Shown piece by piece: positions 1-9,400 of a DNA stretch of 28,845 nucleotides. The notes below the pieces were generated by a model. The model had not been told where the DNA came from. It saw only the letters and a program-made list of their open reading frames with translations, and did no database searches. Within the stretch, counting starts at the first letter, position 1. The number at the start of each line of letters is the position of its first letter. The stretch is from the IMG/VR virus record IMGVR_UViG_3300022895_000023, positions 1-28,845 of that record; one strand, given 5' to 3'. A program made the translations under genes and the position numbers. The DNA is from a virus (taxonomy: Duplodnaviria > Caudoviricetes).

Positions 1-131
1 CTTCGGTACTCCATCAAATCCGTGCCAGCCGCTTTGGGGGCCGGGATAACAGCGTGATACAAACCGTCCCCTCCCAACGTCAGCTCATAGGTAACGCCAT
101 CTATAATGGCTCTCGCATACTTTACCGACAT
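1..131 (-). CDS. Tail-associated protein, N-terminal part (runs off window)
   Basis: Hand translation MSVKYARAIIDGVTYELTLGGDGLYHAVIPAP...; GGAGG RBS upstream; start overlaps the end of the previous gene. Confidence 0.7.
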   Translation of the reverse strand, partial: MSVKYARAIIDGVTYELTLGGDGLYHAVIPAPKAAGTDLMEYR

Positions 132-529
132 ACTGCACACCTCCCCCGGCCAAGATGGAAGGTACATCGAGGGCGGCCCCTGGATTGTCCCATCAGGTTC
201 TCATACATTTTCAGGCAGCCCCCCTCAATACGATTTAAGGCTCGGTAATCTGGGAAGGGCTGATTCTCGTACCAGGTAACCGTCTCACCCTTCCAGAAAG
301 GGTATATCCCGTCACGTATCCGCCCCAGATTCTCTTCCATGATATTGATTTCATCCGCATAGAAACTATAGTCCTGATAGGTCTTATCAGGTCCCATTTC
401 TTTGATTGCAAAATCCGGATATAAGGTAACAGCCAGCGCCCGAAGCTCCTGAAGGTTATTCTTGATCCGGTTATAATCTTCTATATTAAAGTGATCATCT
501 TTCTTCCAGATCTTAGGTTGTATCCACAT
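122..529 (-). CDS. Tail/baseplate-associated protein (135 aa)
   Basis: Track ORF 122..592. The likely start is the ATG at 529 (MWIQPK), downstream of AAGGAGG. Follows the large tail protein. Confidence 0.7.
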   Translation of the reverse strand: MWIQPKIWKKDDHFNIEDYNRIKNNLQELRALAVTLYPDFAIKEMGPDKTYQDYSFYADEINIMEENLGRIRDGIYPFWKGETVTWYENQPFPDYRALNRIEGGCLKMYENLMGQSRGRPRCTFHLGRGRCAVCR

Positions 530-2738
530 CCATATACCTCCTTGCCTTGATCGATCCAGATAACGCTCCGTTAAATTTAAGGGTATGGTCATAAATCCGT
601 ATTAGCATATCGGGGACATAGCGATTCTCTAAGAAGGCCAGATCATTTGCATCGATACGGGGTTCCCCCCGGTATTGCAGTTCATACTCCCGGTCAGCTT
701 TCATGTAGTTACCGATCCAGTCGGCCAAGTCAGTAGCATGGATCATATCAGATACCAGGGGATTTTCCCAGGTCTCCAGGCTGCCAGCAGGGTTTAATTG
801 CCTGCTTACCTTTGCCTGGCTTGTCGTGTATTCCCTGCCTGATATAGAGACTTCAACGGCACCTGCAACCCCCGTGATCTCCACGGTTGCAAAGTAGTTA
901 CTACTTTCTACTATAGTCGCTGATTGTCCCACCCGTGGCTCCGTCAGTGCACATGTCAAATTGTAAACGGCGTTATAAAAGTAGAATGTATACCTGTTTT
1001 TTACGGGCGTGACTACAATTGTCTCTTTGGTAAGTTCTTTGTTCTCCCCGGCCTGATTGTAAATAGTTCGGATCACCTGCAGCTCCCTTACCTTGGCCTG
1101 CTGGATACCTTTCGGAGTCTTCGTCAGTTCATGGCCATATTCCAGGTGGTAGTCTGTCATGTCTCCAAAACCGATGTAGTCCAGCAAGATCCGGTTGTGC
1201 GGAGGCGCCTTTGTAAACTCAATCTCCATGCGATCAAAGGTATTAAACTCCCGGCTAACAATCGTTTCCTGGCTGATCTCCCGGATTGTAATATCTTCCA
1301 CCGGTTCTCCGAACAGGAATGTATGTATGACAAATTCTTCCGGAGGATTTCCTCCAAAAAGGAATTGCACTCCAAAGCAGGTAAAGGAAGCTTCTAACTG
1401 CACTGTAACACGGGGATTTTCTAAAAAAGTACCGTCCTCTCTGCTCATAGCCTGGCTAACATAGCCGGTATCCAGATAGGGGGCCTGTTCAGCGATAAAA
1501 TACTGACTGGCATCCGCCCTCGTAAAATCTGATGCGTAGGAAGCGTATTCCGCCTTCTTTCCCGGCTTTAAGACGTTCCCGGCCAGACTGTACTCCGCCC
1601 CATCTTCTGCATCGGCACCCATGTCTGGAATGAAACTGGATCGTAAAAAGATATTGCCACTCCTGTCCTGATAGAGGATACACCGGCCAGCATTTGCAAT
1701 CAGCTGCAGTGCTTCCTTGTGTGAGACAATCGGCATCGGGTTGGAAACCTTCACAGACTTTAGATAGGGATCGATCCAGTAGGTCCGGGAATCCACCTTG
1801 GCATCTGAAAACACATCAACCGCCAGATCATACAGGCTGATCCCTTCCGGTCGGTACAGGCCCTTATAATAGGTCCCGTCCATGCCGTCAAACCGATCTG
1901 TTGCTGAAAACTCCATCTGTTCATCATCTGCAGACCATTCCTTCAGCTGAACAGTCGCACCAGGAAGCCACTCGACGGATCCATCATCAAGCTCCTGTCC
2001 ATATAGAACAGTAATATCCTGGCCAATCTCCAGGAAGTTTACAGAGCTTTCGACGTTCTCCACATCAAAAGCCCGGTCCTTATTGTTTACGGTCAGATTA
2101 AAATCAATGGTCGGCAGCTCCTCCATGATAGGACTGACATGCTCCCTTTTAGTGGCTGAGAGGATCTTTCTATTATCAAAGTAAATACCAATCCCCATTG
2201 TGATCTTGTGGATCCGGAACCGGCTGTGGCCGTTTACCATAACTGAGGGAATGAGGCGCAGGAACGTAGCGCCGTTAAATATTTCCTCTGTGACAAAGTG
2301 GCCACCTGCATTCCCAGTGATCTCCACCGTATTATTATCGGATTCTATGACAAAATCCACCGGGTAGGCTTTTCCAAACTCAATCGTTAAGCCTTTGATG
2401 TCATACTCAATCGGAAACCGTATTTCAGTTGGGCCAAGTAGATTCTTTGAGACAAGGCCCTGATTGAGCACCACATCCGCTCTCTCCCTTGGAAGGAAGT
2501 ACATACTGCCGTCCACCGCCGTGTAGTCCTGGTCACAGGTGGCATATAGCTCCTTGACCTCATAATTGTCCAGGGGCATTTTGAAACTGCTGTAATACGT
2601 GTAGTTTTCTTTGTTTGGGACGTAGGCGTTGGCCTGGGCTTCCTGGTTGATTAAGCCGATAGTGACACGGAGATGGGAAAAAGGATCTCTGAATTCCCTT
2701 CGCATCAGTTCTTTATATTTCTGGCTTGCTGGCTGCAC
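513..2738 (-). CDS. Large tail tip/baseplate hub protein (741 aa) with an internal duplicated beta-rich domain
   Basis: Position two genes after the tape measure; YRGEPRIDANDL C-terminal motif typical of hub proteins; two internal repeats. Confidence 0.75.
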   Translation of the reverse strand: MQPASQKYKELMRREFRDPFSHLRVTIGLINQEAQANAYVPNKENYTYYSSFKMPLDNYEVKELYATCDQDYTAVDGSMYFLPRERADVVLNQGLVSKNLLGPTEIRFPIEYDIKGLTIEFGKAYPVDFVIESDNNTVEITGNAGGHFVTEEIFNGATFLRLIPSVMVNGHSRFRIHKITMGIGIYFDNRKILSATKREHVSPIMEELPTIDFNLTVNNKDRAFDVENVESSVNFLEIGQDITVLYGQELDDGSVEWLPGATVQLKEWSADDEQMEFSATDRFDGMDGTYYKGLYRPEGISLYDLAVDVFSDAKVDSRTYWIDPYLKSVKVSNPMPIVSHKEALQLIANAGRCILYQDRSGNIFLRSSFIPDMGADAEDGAEYSLAGNVLKPGKKAEYASYASDFTRADASQYFIAEQAPYLDTGYVSQAMSREDGTFLENPRVTVQLEASFTCFGVQFLFGGNPPEEFVIHTFLFGEPVEDITIREISQETIVSREFNTFDRMEIEFTKAPPHNRILLDYIGFGDMTDYHLEYGHELTKTPKGIQQAKVRELQVIRTIYNQAGENKELTKETIVVTPVKNRYTFYFYNAVYNLTCALTEPRVGQSATIVESSNYFATVEITGVAGAVEVSISGREYTTSQAKVSRQLNPAGSLETWENPLVSDMIHATDLADWIGNYMKADREYELQYRGEPRIDANDLAFLENRYVPDMLIRIYDHTLKFNGALSGSIKARRYMDVDTT

Positions 2739-3115
2739 TACTCAATCACCCCGCAATCAATGACGTTCACCTTACAGTCCATATAGCGCGTAGGGAGCCC
2801 GTCTTTATCAAATTCAATCGGTGTAGCCGTCCGGTTTCCCGGATACATGCGGATTGTCATCATGCGATTATGTACCATATCCGGGATTCTTGCTGTCACC
2901 ACAAATTTATCAAACTCCTGCAGCATGGCTGCCCAGGTGGTAGCGTCTAAAAACTTCCATTGTAGGTTCTCAAATTTATATTGATCTCTTCCCACTCTCT
3001 GGCCTATAAACTCCCCCAGAGCATTTTTTCCGTCACTTACATTCGTTGCCACCACCAGATTTCCGCCAATGTCGGGAGACGGAAACTCCCGGCCATTGAT
3101 TGTTATTACTGCCAT
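2738..3115 (-). CDS. Distal tail (Dit-like) protein
   Basis: 125 aa directly after the tape measure; AGGAGG RBS; MAVITINGREFPSP start and RMYPGNRTA motif. Confidence 0.7.
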   Translation of the reverse strand: MAVITINGREFPSPDIGGNLVVATNVSDGKNALGEFIGQRVGRDQYKFENLQWKFLDATTWAAMLQEFDKFVVTARIPDMVHNRMMTIRMYPGNRTATPIEFDKDGLPTRYMDCKVNVIDCGVIE

Positions 3116-3128
3116 GTGTACCGCCTCC

Positions 3129-6100
3129 TTAAGTTGTTCTTAGAGAGAAACCGCTTCTCTTGTCCAGATCGGATAATTTCTTTTTAATCTCCCTGATATC
3201 AATATTTACAGTCAAATCCATGGCCTCAATCAGTTCTATGATCTTCCGGAGAAGATCTACCATAATGGACAGATAATGATCCGACATGCCTTCTGTAGGC
3301 ATCGCCATAGCTCGGCCAGCCATAGCCTGGACCTGATCTGCCGTATTTACATTACGTCCGGTAGTGCCGACTAGGGACAGCTGCGGGGTTGCATTGCTGA
3401 CAATGGCGCTCATGCTGGAAGCCAGCGGAGCAATGGCGGATCTCATGCCATACTGCACTGCCCTGGTGATTCCCTCCGTAATCTGCATGTTATTGGCAAC
3501 CGCAGCCTTGCCTCCCCAGCTTCCTACCATTTCGGGATTACCATTTTCATTGGCTACGAAAAGGCTACCGGACTCTGGAAATCCACCGGTTGCACGGCCC
3601 TTTACACCTGGGCCGCTATTTACATACCCTTTACTACTTCCCGGACTGGAGGATCCTTTTTTATCTTCTTTTTCTTCTTCATTGTCCTTGGCGCCTTTAA
3701 TCAGGTTCTTTGCTCCGCTTACCACCTTGTCCCAGGCTTCTCCCACTGCTTTCACAACACCGTCGAGCCATTTGGTAACATCTTTCCATACCGCCTGCAT
3801 ACCGTCCCAAAGCTTATTCATTACCGCCTTACCGATTTCCAGCATTTCATCCAGCTTGAATACTTCCTTGATCTTCTGCCAGATTTCCCCGAACCATTCC
3901 TTTATAGTAGTCCACTTTTCCTCAATGGTGGCCTTTACACTGTCCCAAATTTCAGACAGCTTATCCCTGATCGCTTCGAAGACTTCGGCGGCTTTGCTTT
4001 TGATCGAATCCCAGATGTTTGACGCAAGGGTTTTAATACCATTCCAGATCAACTCCCAAATACCTTTTATAGCATCAAGCACAAGATTTACTTTTAAAGC
4101 CATGTACTCTAAGGCAACAGTTATGATGTCTTTTATGGTTTTCCAAATACCGTCAAAAAAAGATTTTATCCCTTCCCAAGCCCGTTCCCAGTCACCAGTG
4201 AATACACCGATGATAAAGTCCATAAGGCCACCTAAAGCCGTTAGGATGTCATCAATAACTCTGCTTACGCTCTCGAAAAAATGAAAAAATCTATCGATAG
4301 CATTTTTAATAAATTCCGCTATAATCGGAGCCGCCGTTTCCATAAACCAAAGGATAAAAGGCAGCAAAACATTTTCCCACAACACAGTTATGGCATCAGC
4401 CGTTTTCCCTGCAAACTCCATGAATTTATCAATCAGGGGAGACAAATATTGTTCTCTGAACTCTTGGAATTTCTCAGATAAATAGGTTAGCACTGGAAGG
4501 AAATGGGTATTATAAAGTTCCAAAAACTTTGTAGCAATCTCAGTAAAACCTTGCTTAAAAGAATCGAACATAGGCTTTACGTGGGCGTCATATGTTTCGC
4601 TTATTTTTGTGAAGACTTCTTCTACAATAGATTTTATTTCGGAGAAGATGGGCTCCACAGCAGAAAAGGTATCTTCCAGTGTCTGCTTAATTAAGTCCCT
4701 GTTCTGAATAAAAGGAGCTGTAATAGTATCAAGCAAATCCCTAGCCAGTTTGCCGACCAGCTCTGTAACGCCCGTAAAAGCTTCTGCAAAAACGCCTTGC
4801 AGATCAGCACTAATTTGCTTTGCACTATCACTTCGAAGAGATGAAAAAATCGTAGCAAATGCCACGCTGAAATTGCCGACGATATCAGCAATACTCCCTC
4901 CGATATCAAACATGGATATCAGATATTCTTTAATCCTACCGCTGTTCTGTTCCAGGAATTTATTAATCCCACCCAGCAGATTATCCGCTATCGTTGCACC
5001 TATAGATGCAAAACTTCCAGCAACCTTCCCCAGGTTTACCGCAATCCTGTTTCCGAATTCCTCTGCGGAGGCCAGGACGGCCGGATCAGTGAAAATGCCT
5101 TTCAGGCTCTCTCCGATGCCTTGTATCGACTGCTTTACACTATCCAGCACAGAAGTATCCCCAAAGCCAATACTGAAGCCTGTCTTAAATAATTCAGCTA
5201 ATTCTTTCGCTCTGTCGATTAGGCCCTGATACTTATTGCTAACTTCATCAACGCCAGAAGTATCAAGGGAACCCATGTCAAACTCATCTGCAGCATAGCC
5301 AGATCCACTACCTGATCCGCCGCCACTACCGGTATCCGGGCTAATGATGTTCAATTCATCGATTCCGGTAGACATTCCCTTGATATCCTTAGCCGCTTTC
5401 TTGGCAGCTCCGCCTGTTCCCCCGATAGCACCAGAAGCATTATCCGCTGCATCGGTGATAGCCTCCATGCCAGAAGCCGCTGCAGCCGATACACCCCCTC
5501 CGGAACCTTTCTTTCCTGTAACCAGCTCCGTAAACGCCTTGAATGCATTGGCAAGACTCATCAGCTTCCCGATGATAGTATTAATGACCTGAATTACCGG
5601 GGTTAGGACATTGATAAGCCCCTGCCCGATGGTAGCCTTTAGGGCATTAAACTGTTCACTTAAAATACGAACTTGGTTCGCCCAGCTCCCGGAAGTTCTG
5701 GCAAAGTCACCTTGGGCAAATCTAAGCTTTTCCTGAACGAAAGCATATCTTAAGGCCACTTTCTCAGCCTCAGACATGGACTTTGTTGTTTTTCCGTATC
5801 CGTTTGCCAATGCATAGGCGTCTAAGGCAGATTGGGTCATAACAACACCCAAATCCTTTAAGCTTTCTGTTTCACCCGTAAAAATGCTTTTCAGCTTGGT
5901 AAACGCTTCGGCCTGGCTTGTATCATAAAAAGATGCCACATCCGCCGCAAGACCTGTAAGGGAGGTTCCCATAGAAGCCGCTGACTTTTCAGTAAACCCA
6001 AAGCCACGAGCCATAGAAGCAAAAACACCGGTATAACGTTTAGCCGCTGTCTCGGACATACCAAATTGCTGGATTGCGTTTTTGGCAAACGAATCTATTT

Positions 6101-6329
6101 GTTTCTCCATGCTGGGTACGGCCTGCTGAATGACGTTATCCACCTCAGCCAGCTGTGAGCCCAACTCTATAGCACTTTTTCCAAAATCAATGATCTTCTT
6201 AACAGCAAAAGCGGCAGCCAGAGCCTTACCAGCTTTCATGGCAAGTCCCTGAATGCCAGCCATCTGCTTATCAAAACTGTTTTTATTTACTACAAGGTCG
6301 AGCCCGATCTGCCCCACGCTGTCAGCCAT
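3129..6329 (-). CDS. Tail tape measure protein (about 1066 aa)
   Basis: Long helical Ala/Gly-rich [18 protein letters not shown] motif, periodic W/F repeats. The likely start is ATG 6329 ([12 protein letters not shown]) after AAGGCAGGTG. Confidence 0.95.
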   Translation of the reverse strand: MADSVGQIGLDLVVNKNSFDKQMAGIQGLAMKAGKALAAAFAVKKIIDFGKSAIELGSQLAEVDNVIQQAVPSMEKQIDSFAKNAIQQFGMSETAAKRYTGVFASMARGFGFTEKSAASMGTSLTGLAADVASFYDTSQAEAFTKLKSIFTGETESLKDLGVVMTQSALDAYALANGYGKTTKSMSEAEKVALRYAFVQEKLRFAQGDFARTSGSWANQVRILSEQFNALKATIGQGLINVLTPVIQVINTIIGKLMSLANAFKAFTELVTGKKGSGGGVSAAAASGMEAITDAADNASGAIGGTGGAAKKAAKDIKGMSTGIDELNIISPDTGSGGGSGSGSGYAADEFDMGSLDTSGVDEVSNKYQGLIDRAKELAELFKTGFSIGFGDTSVLDSVKQSIQGIGESLKGIFTDPAVLASAEEFGNRIAVNLGKVAGSFASIGATIADNLLGGINKFLEQNSGRIKEYLISMFDIGGSIADIVGNFSVAFATIFSSLRSDSAKQISADLQGVFAEAFTGVTELVGKLARDLLDTITAPFIQNRDLIKQTLEDTFSAVEPIFSEIKSIVEEVFTKISETYDAHVKPMFDSFKQGFTEIATKFLELYNTHFLPVLTYLSEKFQEFREQYLSPLIDKFMEFAGKTADAITVLWENVLLPFILWFMETAAPIIAEFIKNAIDRFFHFFESVSRVIDDILTALGGLMDFIIGVFTGDWERAWEGIKSFFDGIWKTIKDIITVALEYMALKVNLVLDAIKGIWELIWNGIKTLASNIWDSIKSKAAEVFEAIRDKLSEIWDSVKATIEEKWTTIKEWFGEIWQKIKEVFKLDEMLEIGKAVMNKLWDGMQAVWKDVTKWLDGVVKAVGEAWDKVVSGAKNLIKGAKDNEEEKEDKKGSSSPGSSKGYVNSGPGVKGRATGGFPESGSLFVANENGNPEMVGSWGGKAAVANNMQITEGITRAVQYGMRSAIAPLASSMSAIVSNATPQLSLVGTTGRNVNTADQVQAMAGRAMAMPTEGMSDHYLSIMVDLLRKIIELIEAMDLTVNIDIREIKKKLSDLDKRSGFSLRTT

Positions 6330-6334
6330 AATAT

Positions 6335-6369
6335 CACCTGCCTTTAGATAAGACAGGCACATCGGCACA
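6335..6369 (-). promoter_or_regulatory. RBS-sequestering hairpin plus tandem TGTGCC repeats in the tape-measure leader
   Basis: TGCCTGTCTT (6350-6359) pairs with AAGGCAGGTG (6335-6344), loop ATCTA. TGTGCC at 6364-6369 and 6356-6361. Confidence 0.65.
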
Positions 6370-6374
6370 GCGTC

Positions 6375-6518
6375 TTAGAGTTTCAACTCAAATTCTTTCT
6401 TACAATCCTTGTTTTTACATTTTAAAAAAATCCCTTTGCAGACCGCATCCTTAGTACGAAACACATTAACCGGATATCCGCAATAGGGGCATTTAACCTT
6501 TATCTTTTCTTTTTCAAT
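6375..6518 (-). CDS. Com-like zinc-ribbon microprotein (47 aa, probable ATT start)
   Basis: Hand translation (M)EKEKIKVKCPYCGYPVNVFRTKDAVCKGIFLKCKNKDCKKEFELKL. AGGAGG lies 9 nt before ATT. An alternative in-frame TTG is at 6551. Confidence 0.75.
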   Translation of the reverse strand: MEKEKIKVKCPYCGYPVNVFRTKDAVCKGIFLKCKNKDCKKEFELKL

Positions 6519-6531
6519 ATTGATCCCCCTC

Positions 6532-6879
6532 CTATCTACACAGCTGCGCAAACATCTGCTCCAGAGCTACCATTTCCTGTTCATAGGTTGCTGGAGCCAT
6601 GGCCTCTGCTTTCCGATTGCGCCATTCATTGTAAATGCGCCTTTGATCGCTATTAAAACTCTTGATAACATTCTTATCTGTCTCTGATCGGATTGCCACA
6701 ATCCGTCCCAGAGGGGTTTCTGGATCGATTCCAGAAAGCAAAATCTTAAATTCATCCCAGACTACTGATTCAAATTCTTTAGTCCGTATTCTCAACCCGT
6801 ACTGCGAAAGGAAACTGGAGACAATCAGATCCCAGTCCTCAAATAAATCGTAGTACGGGTCACAGCTCTCCCTGGCCGT
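6532..6879 (-). CDS. Gp15-like tail assembly chaperone extension (G-T type), probably reached by frameshift
   Basis: Frame is open from 6879 and encodes DPYYDLFEDWDLIVSSFLSQYGLRI...WDEFKILLSGIDPETPLGRIVAIRSE. No start codon precedes the conserved N-terminal part. Confidence 0.8.
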   Translation of the reverse strand, partial: TARESCDPYYDLFEDWDLIVSSFLSQYGLRIRTKEFESVVWDEFKILLSGIDPETPLGRIVAIRSETDKNVIKSFNSDQRRIYNEWRNRKAEAMAPATYEQEMVALEQMFAQLCR

Positions 6880-7159
6880 TTACATCTCCCACGATCAGGC
6901 CAACAGCTTCCTGCACCACCACGATCAGGTCATTAAAGCCAAGTCCCAACTTTTCAATCTCTTTTTTAGATTTCTCTGGAAACATCATGTCGTAAGCTTT
7001 AAGGATCTCATTAACACCTGGGTCCTCTGCACTCATGAGCCCCATAACCTTTAACATCGTGGGAGCGTCGGCATTTACTTCCAGCTTCTTGCCCTTGATC
7101 ATCAATGAGGGGTTCCCCTCAAAAGTCAGTTTCTCTGTAATATCAATTACTTTTGCCAT
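6860..7159 (-). CDS. Tail assembly chaperone (99 aa)
   Basis: Between the major tail gene and the tape measure; AGGAGG RBS. Confidence 0.8.
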   Translation of the reverse strand: MAKVIDITEKLTFEGNPSLMIKGKKLEVNADAPTMLKVMGLMSAEDPGVNEILKAYDMMFPEKSKKEIEKLGLGFNDLIVVVQEAVGLIVGDVNGQGEL

Positions 7160-7632
7160 AAGTTATTTCCTCCTTGTTCTCCTGAACCTGACGCCGCTGT
7201 AAAGATTGGCTTACCCTTACACTTAACTTCAAACTCCAAAGCATCTACTGCTGTACTTTCTCCACCTGCAGGAGTGGTCACGTTGATTATTGCATCAAAG
7301 CTCACTTTTGCACCAGAGGGCATTTCCCATTCAAATGGAGCTACCACATCATTTCCGGACTTCCAAGCAAGACCTGCAATGTAATCATTTCCTGGATCTC
7401 CATAGGTGCGCTTTCCCTGGAAGGAGAAGGACAGCTTCTTGCTGGTCATCATAGCATCACCCCAGCCTCCATGCTCCATGGCGTTCCATTCCTCTACACC
7501 ACCCTCAATGCTGGGGGCGAAGTTCGTTAAATTGGCTATCATGGCCATAGTGTCCTTAAGTCCACCCAAACCGACTTTAAATTTATTGTTATTAACCGGA
7601 TATACCTTTGCAGTACCGTCCATATCTTTCAC
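7147..7632 (-). CDS. Major tail (tube) protein
   Basis: Synteny; FQGKRTYGDPGNDY and LEFEVKCKGKP motifs. Alternative start ATG 7623. Confidence 0.85.
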   Translation of the reverse strand: MKDMDGTAKVYPVNNNKFKVGLGGLKDTMAMIANLTNFAPSIEGGVEEWNAMEHGGWGDAMMTSKKLSFSFQGKRTYGDPGNDYIAGLAWKSGNDVVAPFEWEMPSGAKVSFDAIINVTTPAGGESTAVDALEFEVKCKGKPIFTAASGSGEQGGNNLWQK

Positions 7633-8036
7633 CTGTTCCTTTCAAAAATAAAATCCAGCCAGATCACATATTCATATACCCCATCGTCATCAGTACCAAC
7701 GTCCTGCGGTTCAGGAACCATCAAGCGTAGGAAATTTATATGGGTATCTCCTATGGTCAGGCTGGATACACTTCTTAGTTTCTCAAATAAGCTGTAAGCC
7801 GCTCTCTCAGCTTCGTCTTTGCTTTTGCACCAGTGGACGAGCAGAGAAACTGGCTTTGTATCATAAGTGGTGCATTCGAGACCACCAATGGCAATATTGG
7901 CCGAACCGGTGGAGGGTCGACTATAAACCCCGATGGACTTTTGCTTTTTATTATCCAGCTTACCGATATAAACATTATCGTCTTCAGTAACGGCCAGACT
8001 TGAAATGTACTGGCGGATATCCTTTAAAGACAACAT
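7629..8036 (-). CDS. Tail terminator / minor capsid-3-like protein
   Basis: 135 aa, PQDVGTDDDGVYEYVI motif, immediately before the major tail gene. Confidence 0.75.
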   Translation of the reverse strand: MLSLKDIRQYISSLAVTEDDNVYIGKLDNKKQKSIGVYSRPSTGSANIAIGGLECTTYDTKPVSLLVHWCKSKDEAERAAYSLFEKLRSVSSLTIGDTHINFLRLMVPEPQDVGTDDDGVYEYVIWLDFIFERNR

Positions 8037-8416
8037 TACACACCACCTACTTTCTTATAAAAATTCTTATATATTTTGGGTGCAAAGCCAGCTTTGCTTC
8101 CTCCCAGCTCCCAATCTTCAAACCAGTGGCCTCTTGCATTGGGGTTCTCATCTGTTTGGAAGTTATATTCAGGGTGGAAATATAGACGCCTTGCATAAGG
8201 GGTGCTTAAAACGAGCTGTACCTTCCCTTTAGAGGAATCGGAATAGTCAGCAAAGAAGCTCTCCCCCTGAAGATATCCGGTATCAAAAGGCACGACCTGA
8301 GCCTGGATCACTTCTGTATGTAACGCCTCTACTGTCATTTCCAAAGCAGTTACCGTAGCCTGCGTCAGTTGCCGGATCCGGGGCATGTTCATTTTGACCG
8401 TTGATTTAACCTGCAT
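8036..8416 (-). CDS. Tail completion / minor capsid-2-like neck protein
   Basis: VPFDTGYL and TPYARRLY motifs; synteny. Confidence 0.75.
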   Translation of the reverse strand: MQVKSTVKMNMPRIRQLTQATVTALEMTVEALHTEVIQAQVVPFDTGYLQGESFFADYSDSSKGKVQLVLSTPYARRLYFHPEYNFQTDENPNARGHWFEDWELGGSKAGFAPKIYKNFYKKVGGV

Positions 8417-8754
8417 CAGACTACCTCTAAAGTACAGAAGTTCACTGTTCCATCCGGGTTCCGGTTTTTGGTCCCCTGCTCAATCCGCCTCTCTTCCCCA
8501 AACACATTAACTGTACCACCGCTTAAACTTGGGAAGTCTGGTGCAATATCACCAGGGAACATGGCCGTTCCGGTTATCTGGACCAGTTTCTTTTCTGCTG
8601 TAAGGATCGTCTTTGCCCGGTCCTGGAAGTTACATTTAAGGTCCAGATCGGCTACATACTTTGGTTCACTCAGGTTGTTGGTTTCCTCACTTTCCAAGTG
8701 AACGTGAATATCGATCTTACACAGCCGTTTCGGTACCAAACATGGATATTTCAT
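8416..8754 (-). CDS. Head closure protein
   Basis: 112 aa, RNPDGTV motif, synteny. Confidence 0.65.
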   Translation of the reverse strand: MKYPCLVPKRLCKIDIHVHLESEETNNLSEPKYVADLDLKCNFQDRAKTILTAEKKLVQITGTAMFPGDIAPDFPSLSGGTVNVFGEERRIEQGTKNRNPDGTVNFCTLEVV

Positions 8755-8758
8755 AGGC

Positions 8759-9145
8759 TCACCTCGCTAACCGGCAGCATAGACCTGTCTGGGACAGCTG
8801 GGCATATACGTCTCGCTTCATGGCAATACCCTTATCCGTGAAAACATTCCAGGAGCTCCCGAACTGAACCGATGCACCATTTAGACTGTAACTGGATAGG
8901 ATCGTGCCAATCTCGTCCGCATTCTCGTATTCAAAATCGGCCTGCTGACAGATCACTTCCTGAATGACTTCCTGTTGAAATTCAGTCAAATCGGAAAATC
9001 CCCTGCCCGCAATGCGATTGTAGGTCAGGGAATCAATGTGACGACTGGCTTGTCGGAGGTGCCTTTCCAGCTCTTCCTCTGGTACAGTGCTGCCTCTATA
9101 GGTCCCTTTGTAATAATCTGGTGTAACGTAGGGGACATAAGACAT
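8759..9145 (-). CDS. Head-tail adaptor protein (128 aa)
   Basis: Likely start ATG 9145 (MSYVPYV). ASRHIDSLTYNRI and LSQTGL motifs. Confidence 0.75.
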   Translation of the reverse strand: MSYVPYVTPDYYKGTYRGSTVPEEELERHLRQASRHIDSLTYNRIAGRGFSDLTEFQQEVIQEVICQQADFEYENADEIGTILSSYSLNGASVQFGSSWNVFTDKGIAMKRDVYAQLSQTGLCCRLAR

Positions 9146-9146
9146 C

Positions 9147-9389
9147 TTAGACACCCGCTTTCTGGTTTGCAGCTTTCCCCTTCTTTGCTTCCTTTTCAGT
9201 AGTTTCTTCTGGACCCTCGGGATTTTCTTCCGGAGGCTCTTCTTGGTTTCGTATCTGAGTCTCCACCTCATAACCATGACTGCGGAACCAATTAATCAGA
9301 CAGGGATCGTCTGTCTCTCCCACGCCATTGCAAAAAGATACACTGGCGGAAACACCAGTGTACTGCTTGTTTGGAGCATATACCTTCAT
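9147..9389 (-). CDS. Small head-associated protein (80 aa)
   Basis: Follows the major capsid gene with an AGGAGG RBS; acidic/basic low-complexity C-terminus. Confidence 0.65.
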   Translation of the reverse strand: MKVYAPNKQYTGVSASVSFCNGVGETDDPCLINWFRSHGYEVETQIRNQEEPPEENPEGPEETTEKEAKKGKAANQKAGV

Positions 9390-9400
9390 AAATAACCCTC

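Noticed and set aside
3364-4284. 306-aa plus-strand ORF, and the other plus-strand ORFs in the track
   Set aside because: Antisense shadows of minus-strand phage genes; no recognisable motifs or convincing RBS.
5290-5510. Gly/Ser/Ala-rich stretches in the tape measure
   Set aside because: Ordinary low-complexity linkers of tape measure proteins, not DNA-level repeats.
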